Source of the DNA: Dimorphilus gyrociliatus
Taxonomy: Eukaryota > Animalia > Annelida
DNA: 64,000 nt
Direction: 5' to 3'
Assembly (NCBI GenBank): GCA_904063045.1
Contig: CAJFCJ010000010.1
Coordinates: forward strand, 496,001-560,000
Shown: piece by piece, positions 63,272 to 64,000 of the stretch
How the letters are laid out: every line of letters starts with the position of its first letter
Position numbering within the stretch: position 1 is the first letter of the stretch
The notes under the pieces: model-generated
The model's input: the letters and a program-made list of their open reading frames with translations, nothing else
Told to the model about the DNA's origin: nothing
Databases searched by the model: none
Program-made: the position numbers and the translations under genes

Positions 63272-64000
63272 ACAGAAGAAATAGAGAACAACATAAACTT
63301 TTACAATATAGATTTAACTTTTTGCGTTATATTATTGGAAGAAAAAGAGGCAGAAAGGGAAAGAAGGAATGATTGGAGGAAATTACGATAGAAAGAAGGA
63401 TTTTAGTTACGCTACAACTTCGATTAATAGTGATTATTCTTGGAAAAAAAAGAAGAAAAGGTCCTTCTCCTATCAATATAAAATATCCAATTTATTTCAT
63501 ATTTCCCCCGTAACTAAAAGCTTTGTTAAATGCCTTAATCTTAGTTATTTTATAAATTTCTTTATACCATTCTCTTTCTCTCTATCATCTCTGTTTCTTT
63601 CGAAGACTTGAAACTTTTACAATCAACATTTCGTTATAAAAAAAGAGAGGAAAGCAAAGATAACGTTAGCTTATCTACTTTCCTGTTTTTGTTTTATATA
63701 TATATATATATATATAGAGTATATATACGTATATATTTTTTTGGAAAGATTTTATATAAATATAAATAGTTCAATAAGATCTGTTGCAGGAAAAAAAAAT
63801 AGATTTTCACCCAAAATGATGCTACTGATTTTTTTTTTTTTTGCTTCTTTACTATTAATACTATGAGTACGCTATTATTTCTATTATCAATTTACAATTA
63901 ATACTATAATCTCAATTCATTACTTAATATGCTTAATTAAAACCTATACATATATATATATATATATATATGTGTGTAGAGAAAGAAAGAATAAGTTAAT

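Overview
AT-rich, gene-dense eukaryotic (bilaterian invertebrate) DNA with mostly 50-150 nt introns. The compactness and gene content suggest a miniature lophotrochozoan genome such as the annelid Dimorphilus; that species call is inference only. Hand-spliced genes, in order: last exon of prospero/Prox, a CD225/dispanin protein, an SLC28 nucleoside transporter, C2CD5 (with an antisense ankyrin-repeat gene nested in an intron), NEMP1/TMEM194, NTF2, a 4-EF-hand protein, Pim kinase, PIG-F, RPL32, PIG-P, TBC1D32/BROMI, an intronless 2732-aa type-III classical cadherin and a 112-aa orphan ORF with internal repeats. The most unusual stretch is about 0.8-5 kb, right after the prospero stop codon. There, CpG-rich GACG/CGTC-word modules separated by (TA)n spacers form many hairpins and nested long-range duplexes with a G-U bias toward the + strand, and also resemble a cluster of Prospero-binding sites. 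Either a long structured pros 3'UTR or an autoregulatory enhancer is plausible. No rRNA, tRNA, CRISPR array or recognisable transposon was seen. All counts, folds and splice models were made by eye, not computed.
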